A stretch of DNA of 61,332 bases from Negaprion brevirostris. Lineage: Eukaryota. Below, in pieces: positions 36,005-49,521 of the stretch (position 1 is the stretch's first letter; every line of letters starts with the position of its first letter). The position numbers and the translations under genes are program-made. The DNA lies in assembly GCA_030324005.1 (NCBI GenBank), contig JARDVH010000154.1:30352788-30414119 (forward strand), written 5' to 3'. The notes beneath the pieces are model-generated. The model was not told the DNA's origin and made no database searches. It was given only the letters and a program-made list of their open reading frames with translations.

Positions 36005-39000
36005 CGCGCCAGGAAGCGGCCCTATGTTCAGAGCTACCACGGTGGCTGTTGACGAAGATGCTAACAACAGAAAGGTTGTCAGCACAAGTGATAGCGGTGG
36101 AAGAAAGGCAAGTGGGTCCGCATCACCATCTGCTAGCAGGAGTGTATCTGACAGCATGTCGGGAGACGGCAAAGGAGAAACTGACAATGCAGGTCATTGT
36201 GTTAGTGGAATCTCTGCCAGTTCAGGGCAAAGTAACCAGCCAGCACAATCTTTCAGCATCAGTCAGCTTAAGAACAATTCTGGCACTCCCTTACAAAAGC
36301 TCGGAGTGTCATTTTCTTTTGCGAAGAAGGTACCAGTCAGGCTTGACGTTTCAGCTTCGGTATTCAGTGATGTTGCAGAGGAACCAAATGAATCTGAAAC
36401 AGCGAATACTGATGACAAAGTGTCATCTGGTCAAGGATCACCAAAGTCGATGGAGGTTGAAGCTACAGCAAATTCTGACAAGGCTGAAGGGGCAAGTCAA
36501 TCAGAAAGTGATAACGACTCTATAAATAGTACCTTATCAAAGTTGAAAAAGATGATGAAGAAAGAGGATGATACCAGTCAGTCCGAACCAGAATATTATC
36601 ATTACATTCCTCCTGCACATTGTAAAGTGAAACCTAACTTTCCATTTCTGTTGTTTATGAAAGCTACGGATGATTCAACTAAGTGTGTCAGTAAGAAAAA
36701 TTCAGAGACTACAAAAAGTAATCCAGATTTACAAAATGTGCTGAAGCCTCAGGAAAGCAANNNNNNNNNNNNNNNNNNNNNNNNNNNNNNNNNNNNNNNN
36801 NNNNNNNNNNNNNNNNNNNNNNNNNNNNNNNNNNNNNNNNNNNNNNNGTCCCCTGAGACCATAAGCAAACAAAATAGTGAGGCCCCACCAGCAAAGCCCA
36901 GTGCTTGTGAGGAAGGAAAACAGAACAATTCAGCAAGTAAAGAGGTTCTCAATGGACCTAAACAACCAACTGGGCCCTTTTTCCCTGTCTTAAGCAAGGA
37001 TGAAAGTACCACCCTTCAGTGGCCCTCAGAACTACTGATGGTTACAAAAAGTGAACCATGCATCTCTTATAGTTGCAATCCCCTCTATTTCGAGTTTAAA
37101 CTGGCACGGAATAGGGATACTAAAGGAAAAAACAAAGGAAAAGACCGTGAGAGTTCACATGTACAGAATCGTCATCAAGATTCTCAGGACAAGTGTACTG
37201 TAAGTGCCAGTAAAGCTGCATTGAAAACAACAACAAGTGCAGGTGATACTCAGCCGCAAGAACAGCCTTCCCCAAGTGCAAGAAAATCTGAAGTCCAAGC
37301 TGATGAAAATGACAAAACTACCAATAACAAAGACAAGAGCACGAAATCGCACAAGCATAAGAAGAAAAAGAAGCACAAAAAGTCAGGCAAGCATTTGAGG
37401 GAGAATGCTAGTGAGAAAAAAGAAAAGCAAAAGGATGGTGAAGCCCGTGATGGGAATTCGAAGAAAAGAAAAAAACGCAAACACAAGAGTAAAAACATAG
37501 ATGAGAAAAGCAAAGACACTGCTGCTGGACACACTGTCCAGATGGCTACAATAAAGTTTATGGAGGAAAGCACCCAAGCACAGAAGAAAAGGCGCAGATC
37601 TCAGGATGATTCCCAACATACACCTGCTGCTGTTGAAGATAGTAGTAGAAGTAGCAGCAGCAGCAGTAGAAAAGAAGATTGTCCTCAGGAGCCCAGTAGC
37701 AAAAAGCAAAAGACAGGTTCTTGTAGTGATTCAAAGAAAAGGAAGTCCAGTCGGAAAGAGAACCGAACTAGACATAGGAGCCGTGACAGCAGCAGAGATG
37801 AAGACTCTGATAGTTATGATGAATCCCATAGAAAACGATCCAGACAAAAATCCTCTTCCCATTACAGTGATGACTATGATTCAAGAAGTGACAGAAGTTA
37901 TTCTAGTAGATCAAGGAGACGTCGTTCATCCTCCCAGCGATCATCACGTAGGTCCTACTCATCTGGTTCTGATGTTTCCTCAGACTGTAGCAGATACAGC
38001 CGTCGAAGAAGCTACTCCGATAGTTACAGTGACTACAGTGATAGGTCACAACATCGCTGTAAACGATCTCATGATTCAGATTATGACTATAGAAGGTCAA
38101 GACACAAAGGGAAAAAGCACAAATATTCTTCATCAGATGACGACTATAGACGAAGTAGAAGCAGATCCAGAAGTAGCAGCAGGGGAAGAACCCGAACTCG
38201 GACGAGGACCAGAACCATCAGTAGAACACATAGCCGAAGCAGAACTCGTAGTAGCAGCCACAGCAGGAGCCGAAGCAAGCGGCGTAGTCAGAGTGCAACA
38301 CAACGAAGCTGGAAACGAAGCCGTAGCTATAGCCGCAAACGCAGTGGTAGCACTAGGCACCGTACCTCACGGAGATCCATTTCAAGGGACAAAGGGTCAC
38401 ACAGCCATGATAGCTCCAGCGATAGACGGTCCAGTCGAAGGAATTCCAGTAGGTCATTTTCAAGAGATCGGGTATATCGATCAAAATCTCCCTGTTACAG
38501 CAGAAGCAGGCTGTTGGGGAAAAAAGGTGACCTTTTGAAGAAGGAAGAGAATAAAGAGGATGGTGCAAAGCTGGGCAGTACTTTTCAAAGAAACCCCAGC
38601 AGTACTCCTTCCAGCATAGGGAAAATGGATTTAGAAGATGAACCAACACAAGAGGAAAGGAATTCCTTAACAGCTAAACAGCTATTGGAAAAGATTCAGT
38701 CTAAAAAGGTTGAAAAGAAATCTGAAACAAATAGTGAAGCAGCAACAGTACCTAATAAAGTAGGAATTAAACTAAAAGATCCCCCTCAGGGTTATTTTGG
38801 ACCTAAACTTCCCCCAGCTTTGGGCAATAAGGCGCTGCTTCCTTTAATTGGAAAATTACCTACAACCAAAAGACCTACCACAAAGAAAATGGAAGACTTT
38901 TGTTTGGAGAAAGGGGACAAAGAAGAGGTGCAGTATTTAGCAGAACCTAAAGATACAACAAAGGAAGAAGTCAGTCAGCAACTCAATTGGACCGTGCAAG

Positions 39001-39920
39001 GAGAGATTCAAACCATAGAAGAAAAATCTGAAAATGAAGAAATATCACCTTTAAATGAGAAAATACAACCAATTGCTTGTCAAACCCAATTTGTTCATAA
39101 AGGTTTCACATTGGAAACTCAAACCATCTCTGAAGCCTACATTTCTGACATAACCACACAAGTTGAAGTCATCAAAGAACCTTCAGAATTGGGACCGCAA
39201 GATTCTGCTGAAGCTGTTATGATGCATTTTGTACCAGACCCAGAGCCATTCTCCAATTATATTCCAGAGGCTGAAGTACAAGAAATTGACGAGGATTCCC
39301 AAGAGGATGCAGATTCATCAGTGGCCCCACTTGATAGACAGCCTATAACATTCACGCCTGAAGAAATGGAGAAGTATAGTAAGCTACAACAGGCAGCTCA
39401 ACAGCACATCCAACAACAGCTGCTAGCTAAACAAGTGAAGACTTTCCCTACCTCAACTGCCTTAGCTCCTGCTCCAACTCTCCAGCAATTTCATATTCAA
39501 CAACCATCAGCAGCTGCAACAGCAACATCTATCACCACTGTTCACCACGCTATATTACAGCATCAGGCGGCTGCAGCTGCTGCCATGGGTATTCATCCAC
39601 ACGCACATCCACAGACTCTTGCTCAAATCCATCACATACCCCAGCCTCACCTAACCCCCATTTCACTGTCACATATTACACCATCTATTTACCCTACTCA
39701 TCCTGCCACTTTCCTGACTAGCCATCCAATACATATTATACCTGCATCAGCTCTCCACGCAGGGCCCCTAGCCCTTCACCCAGTCCCCCATGCCCTGTAC
39801 CCTGCCCTCTTTGCCCCTCGGCCTGCTGGAGCAGGTGCCTCTGCTCTCCATCTTCATCCTTTCCTCCATCCTATCTTTTCAGGGCAGGAACTCCAGCATC
39901 CTCCCAGTCATGGCACTTGA
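36005..39920 (+). CDS. GPATCH8: GPATCH8 large terminal coding exon (Lys-rich, RS domain, His/Pro/Ala-rich C-terminus)
   Basis: Acceptor ttccattttctttttgtgcag-like tract ending at 36004, within ORF 35982-39920. Contains GPATCH8 signature blocks APGSGPMF, LQKLGVSFSFAKK, EPEYYHYIPPAHCKVKPNFPFLLFM, GPFFPVLSKDESTTLQWPSELL, KLKDPPQGYFGPKLPP, QPITFTPEEMEKYSKLQQAAQQHIQQQ and the C-terminal HPIFSGQELQHPPSHGT-stop. The 87-N gap at 36761-36847 keeps the frame. Confidence 0.97.
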
Positions 39921-40929
39921 AGCAAGCTACAGTGAGTGAAAAGATTGGCATCAGGCTTCATTTCATTAAATAACTCTACCAACAGTTAGTTTGGTATGAA
40001 AATGCTACATAGTTGCAGTTCAGACTGATCCTTTTTCAACAGCCAAAGAGTTCAGGCTCAGGCCCAAGAATATATTGCAGTTTGTGTGCTTGTAATATCA
40101 GGGGATTTCCATGTTCTTTTATTTTAAAAAAAAGTTAGAACCAATTATATGGATTTCCCAAAACTCTTGGTGCATTACTCAGCAAGAGTCAAGGTTAACA
40201 CCTTGACTGTTAGCGACAGAGTACACCAATATTACATTCAGTGGGTTGGCCTCCTCTTATCCCATTGCTAATTCCCATCTTAGTGCGAAAATCCATGTTA
40301 ATCTGTCTCCATTTTATAGAATCCTTTGTCATGCGTAAGTCAACATGGTGGTGGATAGTATTGGGGTGATTTTGTTGATTGATGCAAAAATCTCAATGGA
40401 TTTTGAAACTAAGTAGAAGATAGCCTCTGATCAGTAATGGCTGAAAAATATAACCATGAAAAGTGAAATGTGGTTGATAATGGAATCGGCACCACACCTC
40501 GATGTAGCTTGCCATTGGAATCTGGGGAGATAAAACCAAGGACAGCAATTGCGTGTAATTGCCCAAATAATAGCCCTGTATAGTCACTTCGCCAGTTTGG
40601 ATTGTGAATGAGAGAATGCAGGTTTGGCGGTCCCTGATATATTGAGAGAAGAAAGGAGAGACTTTCTCGTGACATCTCAAAAGAAATCACATTTGTTTCA
40701 GCTTAAGCTAACTTCAGTAGACCAGTGGAATTTGGGGAGATGTCTAAAATCTTTGTGGGAAAAGATCTATTCCTGGAGCTGTTGTAAAATTCAACAGTCT
40801 TTGTATAAGTTATAGCTTATAATTTAAAAAAAGTGGAAAGAATTGCACTGAACTCTGTACAGGTGATGCTGCTTTTGTAGGTTCATCCAAAACAATACAT
40901 GCAGAGTACTGCAATAATATTTTTTAAAG

Positions 40930-40935
40930 AATAAA
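40930..40935 (+). terminator. Candidate proximal polyadenylation signal
   Basis: AATAAA followed by GT/T-rich ttggttttgtgg. Confidence 0.45.
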
Positions 40936-42675
40936 TTCATTTGGTTTTGTGGTACTGTTCTAACATACTGCTTTGTGTAAATATGTTTGTAGGTTAAGCG
41001 ATCCTTGTAAAGGTAAATGTCATAAGTTTCTGTTTATGGCAGAAACTAAGCATGTATATTTTACCAAAACCCATGTATTTTTTGAAGTTTTTATGTACTG
41101 TAAATGTAAAATTTCTTGAAGTTTGGTTTATTTTGAGTTTTTGCATATACAAAGTATTCAGTGAAAAAGCAACTCTGCAAAAAGTGGTGTTTGGGAGAGC
41201 TTAAGGAATCTATAAGCTAATGGACGCAGGCACAGAACTGACACCTCAACTTATAACTGATCAATTAGATTGACCAATAACTACCACGTTCAACTTTTTA
41301 AAAAGTATGCAGTTAATTTGTTTTTAGGTAACTAATGCCAGGAAAGACATTTAACAGTGGTATTAGAACCACTTCTCACTTACAATAAGTTCTAATCCCA
41401 GTCCAATGCAGGCATCTATTATGATTATCTGCTTGGTTCTGCAAGATTGATTATACTTCGCTAACAGGGTTGCCTTTAGTAAGGCAGGCTTTGCTCATGG
41501 TTCTTCAGTACAGTTCATGCGTTTTACATTAGGAATGGTTTTCCTACAATTTCACCATAAAATAATGTCATGGATGTCTGAAAAGGCTCCACCATTTGAG
41601 AGTTTATTACACAGATGACTGCAAATCAGAAGCAATATTTACATAATTAAATCAAACTGAATTTTTCATCATTATGATCCAGGTTAATTTATTTCATATC
41701 CATTTTATAGCAGGTATCTAGTGTGGGCTTAAGTATGTTTGCATTTCAAATTATGTTGTTATGCTCATGCTTGACACGGTAATTTGAAATACTCATGCTG
41801 CCTTGCAATATGCATGGCAAAATAAATTGAATTTGTTTTAAATTCATGTTTCAAGTTCAAATTATAAATGGCTTGCATTTGGATTGAGTGAGATCAGCAG
41901 TAGTTTCAGTATTTTGAATTTTCATCCAATAAAACCAGGCTACTTGCATGATTCTTTGAAACTGATTTAGAAAGAAAATGTATTATGTTGGGCGGGGTGG
42001 GGGGGACTACAGTATTAAAGACCCTGCTGTGTTTTGAGGATGCAAAGTATAGCAATATCTCAAGGGTTTGCTAATTGTCAGATAACATTATGGGGAATGC
42101 AAGCCATTGCAGGGAAATACACCAAAACTCATCATTTGTTGAGATAGACTATCATGTAGGTCCACACGAAGAGAATGCCATTTGCCCTTTAGGAGAATCT
42201 GCTTCCAGTCATCAGTTGTGTGTAATTGATGATTTGGATTTGTCATTTGCTTATTGTTGGAGACAGCCCAGCTTTTCCTTGTGGCTGAGTTCTAATTTTG
42301 TAATTACTATTTCGATCTATGGGCACGGGTGATGATGAGAAAAAAAAGGCGCGTAAAGCTGAGCAGATTGTGCCACAGTTTGTGTGCACTATTNNNNNNN
42401 NNNNNNNNNNNNNNNNNNNNNNNNNNNNNNNNNNNNNNNNNNNNNNNNNNNNNNNNNNNNNNNNNNNNNNATCTTGTGCTTTTTGATTCAATTCGGTCTT
42501 CTAAACACCCCAGAACATCTTACAAAGCAGCTTCTTCCATCTGTTTTAAAATGTTATATAACAAAAACTAGAAAGAAATGTAACTAGCTTATTGCATAAA
42601 CTGCATATTTTATTTAACTTTCTGTCACAAGAACATGCAGAATATTACTGTACAATAGGAGAAAACCTTTATAAC

Positions 42676-42681
42676 AATAAA
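42676..42681 (+). terminator. Candidate distal polyadenylation signal
   Basis: AATAAA followed by GT/T-rich tttgtgaactctgtctttgtttattgg, near the end of the repeat-free zone. Confidence 0.45.
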
Positions 42682-43959
42682 GTATGGATAATTTGTGAAC
42701 TCTGTCTTTGTTTATTGGTCACTGACCATTTTGCTGCAGCTTACAAGTGCGGAAACACTGGACTTCAGAAGATCTGACCCGGTCACTACCAGTATTGTAA
42801 GGACTCTTTTTCATTGATAGATTAGACATTAGTGGGAAAGATGGAGTGAAAACTCCCAACAGTGGAGTGGCATTTTTGCTGAGTGCCAAGAAAGGTTTGA
42901 TTAGTTCAAATAGGGCTTCATTGCTATTCTACTTCAAAGCCATCAGTTTATATTGAGGTCAGTGGGTTTTGTATGTGGCTGTTTTCTCACTATTGGTGTT
43001 GCATTTTGTTTTTATTCTAACCACTTACTAGTAGATCTCATGGAAAGGCAGAACAAAATGAATTTGCTTCATTTATGAGAGCATAGATTGGAGAATCTGC
43101 TTTAAATGGTAGAAGTGTGCAGCTGAGTAGATGATGTTGTTGAATTGAGGGACAGCGGACAATGACGGCAGCTATCTACGTAATTGTGCAACAGGCAGCT
43201 TTGTAATAAGGCAGTGCAACTAGGGGCATGATTGGTGAATAAGGAGTGAGAGACATAGCAAATCTCATTACTATATATTGAGATTGCTGTCTCTAATCTG
43301 TGCTATAGTGAGTTATCCTGATTTGTAACTTCCATATGCAGTTACAATTTGTCAAATAGGTTGGTATTAATTGGGAATAGTCTGGGAAGTATGTTCCTTG
43401 TGCTACCATTTCCATCTGATGACTGTCCTACCTCTGCATAAATCATCTTTGCAAACTACAGTATGCTTTTTTCCCTATTGAAAGCAGTTTTCACTTTTGG
43501 AACATTGTATTTCCCCTTAATACCTGACACTTGTTTCATAAAGTACAGCAGCTTTGTTATGTTTTGAAGAAGTTAAACACAGCCTTTTGAGGTTTTGTCA
43601 TTTATGATTGTGAAAGTTTGTCAATACCAACCTGTCANNNNNNNNNNNNNNNNNNNNNNNNNNNNNNNNNNNNNNNNNNNNNNNNNNNNNNNNNNNNNNN
43701 NNNNNNNNNNNNNNNNNNNNNNNNNNNNNNNNNNNNNNNNNNNNNNNNNNNNNNNNNNNNNNNNNNNNNNNNNNNNNNNNNNNNNNNNNNNNNNNNNNNN
43801 NNNNNNNNNNNNNNNNNNNNNNNNNNNNNNNNNNNNNNNNNNNNNNNNNNNNNNNNNNNNNNNNNNNNNNNNNNNNNNNNNNNNNNNNNNNNNNNNNNNN
43901 NNNNNNNNNNNNNNNNNNNNNNNNNNNNNNNNNNNNNNNNNNNNNNNNNNNNNNNNNNN

Positions 43960-44040
43960 TGGAGTGTGGCAACTAGGGGATTTTCACAGTAACTTCATTG
44001 CAGTGTTAATGTAAGCCTACTTGTGACACTAATAAACTTT
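43960..44040 (+). mobile_element. SINE alternative tail (the rest lies in the N gap)
   Basis: ggagtgtggcaactaggggattttcacagtaacttcattgcagtgttaatgtaagcctacttgtgacactaataaac. Confidence 0.85.
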
Positions 44041-44135
44041 AAGAATTCTCACAACACCACGTTAAAGTTCATTTGGAATCATGAGCATTTGGAGCACTGC
44101 TCCTTCATCAGATCATGATGGCATCTCCACATTAT
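44041..44135 (-). mobile_element. Penelope-like terminal repeat fragment with degenerate hammerhead
   Basis: The reverse complement reads ctgatgaaggagcagtgctccaaatgctcatgattccaaat...tttaacgtggtgttgtgagaattctt. Confidence 0.6.
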
Positions 44136-44617
44136 GGCCACTCAATTACAGCAGCTGCACCTTAAATGATTCCCGTACTCTTGCTTTCAATACCTAATCC
44201 TGTCGGACTGATGTTTGTTGTCAACTCTTAGAATAGTTTTCAACTTGCTTTTCACACGTTTGGATTTCATAAAATCATGAAGCACAGAAGGACATCATTT
44301 GGCCCACCTTGCTAATGCCAGCTCTTTGAACAAAATACTTGTTTAATCCCACTCTATATTTTCCCCATAACCTCAAAGTCTTCCGCTTCAATCAAATTTT
44401 ATTCAGTTTCCCTTTGAAAGTTATTTGATCACCATCTTTTCAGGCAGCACCTTCCAGATCACAACTGCTCATAGGCAAAAAATATGTATTTAAATGCTAT
44501 CAACTCTGGCCATTTTGCTTTTTGTCCATTTCACCAATTTCTATATGTCTTTCTAAAGGATGCTGTTATTCTCACTCCTGAGTTTTGTGTACTCCCAAGT
44601 TAAGTCATTGAATATGT

Positions 44618-44917
44618 TAAAGTTTATTTAGTCACAAGTAGGCTTACATTCACACTGCAATGAAGTTACTGTGAAAATCGCCTAGTCACCACATTCCGGT
44701 GGCTGTTAGGGTACACCGAAGGAGAATTTAGCATGGCCAAGCATCCTAACCTGCAAATCTTTGGACTGTGGGAGGAAACCGGAGCACCTGGAGGAAACCC
44801 ATGCAGACACGGGGAGAACATGCAAACTCAACACAGATAGTGATCCAAACTGGGAATCGAATCCCGGTCCCTGGTGCTGTGAAGTAGCAGTGCTAGCCAC
44901 TCTGCCACCCTGCTGCC
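44618..44917 (-). mobile_element. HE1-head SINE with the alternative tail, near full length
   Basis: Matches the 22641, 29816 and 57268 copies. Confidence 0.88.
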
Positions 44918-45369
44918 AGGAGAATTAGTAGTCCTAACTGACCACTCCTGCAAACTTCCCTCCAGACTGAAAAATGACCTTCACCATGACTCTGCTTTCT
45001 ATCCCTTAAGAAAACAAAGACAACATTTTTTGTGGCACTTTTCACAATAATTAGATCGCCTGTTTTACAGCCATTGAAGTACTCAACAAAATTAAATTAT
45101 GCAGATTAACAATAATAGAGAAATGAATGCTGTTAAAGAACAACAAATCCTCAAGAACAAATAGTTTCCATCATGTAGTTTTAAAAGAAGTCAGAATAAT
45201 ACAGATGGTCTCACTGTAATTTTTGAAAGTTCACTTGATTTGGGAACTATGCTTTAAATTGGAAAATTCTGCATGCCCATTTCCTATTTAAAAAAGGTGA
45301 CAGAAGGAAAGAAGGCTACTCAGACCAGTTGCCTATCAGCTGTTGGGAAATTACCCAAGTCTGTAATTA

Positions 45370-45975
45370 AGGATACGGCTGGATGTATGCCTTCCTATTT
45401 GCCCATCCCGACCTGCCTGAAATTTTACAAGGAGCAGGGGAGGTATCAGGCTGCTCACTCCCCCTTGAATCTTTTAAGGTCATCCAGTTCTCTGCTGGTA
45501 TTTTACCCAGTGGGAGTTGGGGGTGGTGGCCACGCCATACACTATCCTGTCGGGTGGGGAGAGCGGGATGAAACAATGGTGGCACCCCCTCGCTTCATGC
45601 CAACTACCCCGCCAACTACTGCCACCACTCCCTCCTCCCCCTCCCCCCCCCCCAAAGCCTCCTCTTTCAGACTCCCAATCTCTGATTTACCTGGGCTCCT
45701 CCACTGTGGTGGGACTGCTTGCAGTCCCAGCAATGGCCACTGCATCCATCTGCCGCTGCTTTGATTATTGGCTAGCAGCTTCTAAAGAGGGACTTACTCC
45801 TGAGATGAGGCAGGAGTCATGCCTTAATTCCATTAATGCTATTCCCAGTGTTAAACTGTTGCAAGACAGCTGTCAGAATTGTGGACAGTCTCCTCTTCCC
45901 AGACTTGAGTGGTGGGGGAGAGGGGGAGAAGCAGTTGGCAGGGATCATGATGCCTGTAGAAGAAAAATCTTCAGT
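45370..45975. repeat. GC-rich non-autonomous DNA-transposon-like repeat with a C-rich core
   Basis: GC-rich island with cctcctccccctcccccccccc and ggactgcttgcagtcccagc motifs that I recognise as a shark interspersed repeat; no coherent coding signal. Confidence 0.4.
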
Positions 45976-45979
45976 TGTT

Positions 45980-46380
45980 CAGAGCGCACCAATATGGACT
46001 TGTAAATGGTACTTGGATTCCAAGGGTTAAGCTAAAAAGAGAGGTTGGACAAACCAGAATTGTGTTCCGTAAAATTCAGACAGTTAAGGAATGAGTTGAT
46101 CAAAGGTTTCAAGCTGTTAAGAGGAACAGATGGAGAAGATTGGGATAGATTAGTTTTGCTTGTTTGGTACTCTCAGGCCAGGGGACACGATCTAAAAACT
46201 AACGTCAGCCCTTTCAGCACTGAAAGGAGGAAGTAGGTTTTCATGCAAACAGCATTAGAAATTTGGAACACACTTCCACAAATGGCGTATGGTGCTAGAT
46301 CAGTTCTTCATGTTAAAAAGGTGATAGATTTTTAGCCAAAGATATTAAAGCAAATGAGACAAAAGGGATTTTCTCAATGT
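45980..46380 (+). mobile_element. CR1 LINE 3' fragment
   Basis: Encodes FRQLRNELIKGFKLLRGTDGEDWDRLVLLV...RGHDLKT...FSTERRK. Confidence 0.75.
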
Positions 46381-49300
46381 ATCCTGAACATGTTTAAAAG
46401 TCACCAACAATAAAATCCAGTTGAAATTTCGCAAGAATAAATCATTTCTAAATCGGCCTCTGCTGGTCAAGATATTGCATGAATGAAATGTTGGAAACTT
46501 GAATCTGTAATNNNNNNNNNNNNNNNNNNNNNNNNNNNNNNNNNNNNNNNNNNNNNNNNNNNNNNNNNNNNNNNNNNNNNNNNNNNNNNNNNNNNNNNNN
46601 NNNNNNNNNNNNNNNNNNNNNNNNNNNNNNNNNNNNNNNNNNNNNNNNNNNNNNNNNNNNNNNNNNNNNNNNNNNNNNNNNNNNNNNNNNNNNNNNNNNN
46701 NNNNNNNNNNNNNNNNNNNNNNNNNNNNNNNNNNNNNNNNNNNNNNNNNNNNNNNNNNNNNNNNNNNNNNNNNNNNNNNNNNNNNNNNNNNNNNNNNNNN
46801 NNNNNNNNNNNNNNNNNNNNNNNNNNNNNNNNNNNNNNNNNNTGTATGTGATCAGTGCAGAATTAATGGGCCAAATGGCAGCCTTGCGCACTGTAGGGAT
46901 TCTGTGTCAGTTTAGTTCACCATAATAAACTGGTGTACTTTGTACTTAAAATTGGCCTGTCAGCTTCTAATTTTCAGAGCAAAGGAATCTGAAATTTGAC
47001 CATCTCGTCGTTTTGCTTGCAATATTTAACTATGTGGTTCCAAACTAATTTGAAAGAAAAATTATATTTCAATGTTTTAAATGCTCCCTTTAAAAAATAA
47101 AGCATTTTATTGTAAGTGTGATGAAAGCAGGATTGTTATTACATTTCAGGCGGTGAGATTTCTATTTTACATTCTATTTGAATTTTGAGATAAGGTAAAT
47201 ATATTTTAAAAGCCGGCTTCAGCTAATTTTTTGTGAAAATCATTTATTCTGCTGGTACATACTGTGAATACGGGAGTGCTATCCTGATTCATCCAAAGTT
47301 TCAAGAAGAGCTGATACTGTTTTCAAAAAGGAAGCAGATTCTTTGATCTGTAGGTTATCCAGGATGCCTAAGCTTATTTCTGGCTTCCAATTAATTGGTT
47401 CTTTGAAGAACTTTTCTTTTCACAGTTGTTGTAATGCCATTTACCTTTTGAATTGTGTAAGTTATCTTCAATGCTGGCGAAGCTTTCCTCCTCGGGGCTG
47501 GTTCCTTTATTGTGCACTTCAACCATTCTTTTTTAGATTTGAGATTCTGGACAAGAACATCATTCCTACCTTTTTCATCATACGGAAACTGCCATATTCA
47601 ATTTGACAATAGAAAATTAAGGGTGTTGAAGAGTTTTATTTGAAGCAGGGAGGAACAAAGAATTACTTCATTGACTCCAAAGAAACCTGCTATTTTGAAG
47701 CATGGGAAGAATATTCACACAGCCTAACAGCGCTGTGGGTGCACCTACATCCCAATGACCAGGTTCACCACCACCTTGAGGGCAATTAGGAATGGAGAAC
47801 ATTTCCCCAGCCAGCAATCCTGCGAAAGAATAAATCTCCAAGGTCTGTATGAGGTGAGGTTCAACCATCCAATCCAATTTAGCACTCTTAATACTAAAGC
47901 ATTTAAAACTCTAAAGTGCATTGGGAAATATCATCTCAATAAAACGCTACATAAATCTTCATAAAGAAAATCTCATTAGTGGACATGTTGAGGTATCTCT
48001 GCATAAGATTATCTAGTTATCTTTATAGAATCTAGGTGCACCTAGACATCAATATTTGGTCTAGGTGAGAATTAACTTGTCTGTAGAGAAGCTGCTAGTC
48101 TTTATCTGAATAAGCTACAGAGGATTGCTTCTGGGCATTTAAAAGGCACCCTGATATTTTTATCTCTGCCTGTAATTGTAATTCTGTGGATATTTGTAGG
48201 AATGTCTTTGATTTCACTGGGGTCTATCTTTGATCATAGTTAAATCTGCTCTACTCTAAAATATGTTGAAGATAATTGACATAGGGAATTAAGTCCCATG
48301 AAAGAATGATGATCCCCCTCCATCGTAGAAAACACCATAAAAACATGATAACTTTTAGAAATGGAGAAAGGCCATCAAAACCAATTCATCTTTTATTTTG
48401 TCAACCATCAATCCCAGCTACCTAAATGCCTTAGATCTTCCATAATTGGCTCTTAACCCTATTTATTCTTCAATTGTTGTTGGGTACAAAAAAGACATTA
48501 GATTATTTTTCATTTGTACTTTCTGGTATGAGAGTTTTTCATGACTGTTGTACCAGGATCAACTCCCTTCATAGCCCCAAAAACTTTCATGAAATTTCAT
48601 TTCTACAAAGAAATTAAGCTCTTCCTTAATATTTTCTCAAAGCTTAAATTCTCAATGTCCAGAACTATGTTGACTACAGAAAGTGGTGAATAATAAAAAG
48701 TGAGATTTTGTGAGTGGATGATAATTTTATGACTATATAAGGGCTATTTGATTTGTTATATACTTGCACACAAATCGAAACATAATTAGCCTGCAGCAAA
48801 TTGGAGTGCTTTGACTTTTTTCTCGTTAACACAATGGTCTTGTAAATCTTAGGAGACAGAGAATTTTAATCATCTTTTGATAATGGGGGGGGAAGTCAGA
48901 AGTCACATCCTTGAAGCCTAATGCTGCAAAGTTGTTACTCTGCTGATTCTATCTTGTGACTGGAATGGTCTCCAGTTAACTAGTTTAAAAAGAAGTGTGA
49001 ATAAAAATTAGAAATATATGCAGCATTTTGTTTCCATGTAATTTCTTTTTGCTATCTCCCAGCCAAGGATCTGCAGAAAATACCAAATAGCACCTTTAAC
49101 AGAGATTAATTTACATTTAATTAATTACAATTGATCTTTTTTGATTTGCTGTGCATATTAAAATGGATATCATGCAAATGTAATTACTAAACTTGCTTTA
49201 ATTGCTAGGCATAGTAGGAATCTTGGGAATACCAGATGTCATCTTGCCCTGGTTAAATATAGCCAACAATTTAGTGTTAGGAATACAGGCATGACTTTAA

Positions 49301-49521
49301 ATTTGTACTTTGAGAAATTGTTTTCAAGTTACTTCATTAATTAGGGATCTTACCAACCTGCACAGAAGATGGATAAATACCAGAAGATTAGTTCACCAGA
49401 TCAGATGCCCTTTTCCACTGGATATGCAATCTGGATTAGAGAGGAAATCGTGCTGAGTGAAAATGAGCATTGGATTGCAGTCTGGCATTGCTTTGTGCAA
49501 TTTCTGATTCTGGGATCCATC

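Larger units (their letters stand above)
39921..42700 (+). other. GPATCH8: GPATCH8 3' UTR (end uncertain)
   Basis: Follows the stop codon; AT-rich and free of recognisable repeats up to ~43.6 kb. AATAAA at 40930, 41821, 41928 and 42676. Confidence 0.65.

Noticed and set aside
37606-38538. 310-aa overlapping ORF in the +1 frame of GPATCH8
   Set aside because: Shifting the AGC/AGT/AGA/CGA codons of the RS domain gives Ala/Val/Glu/Asp codons and few stops, so a long shadow ORF is expected. It has no recognisable domain.
45273-46005. Proline-rich ORFs of 162-163 aa
   Set aside because: They arise from a C-rich tract in a GC-rich repeat, are open in several frames, and have no splice or domain support.
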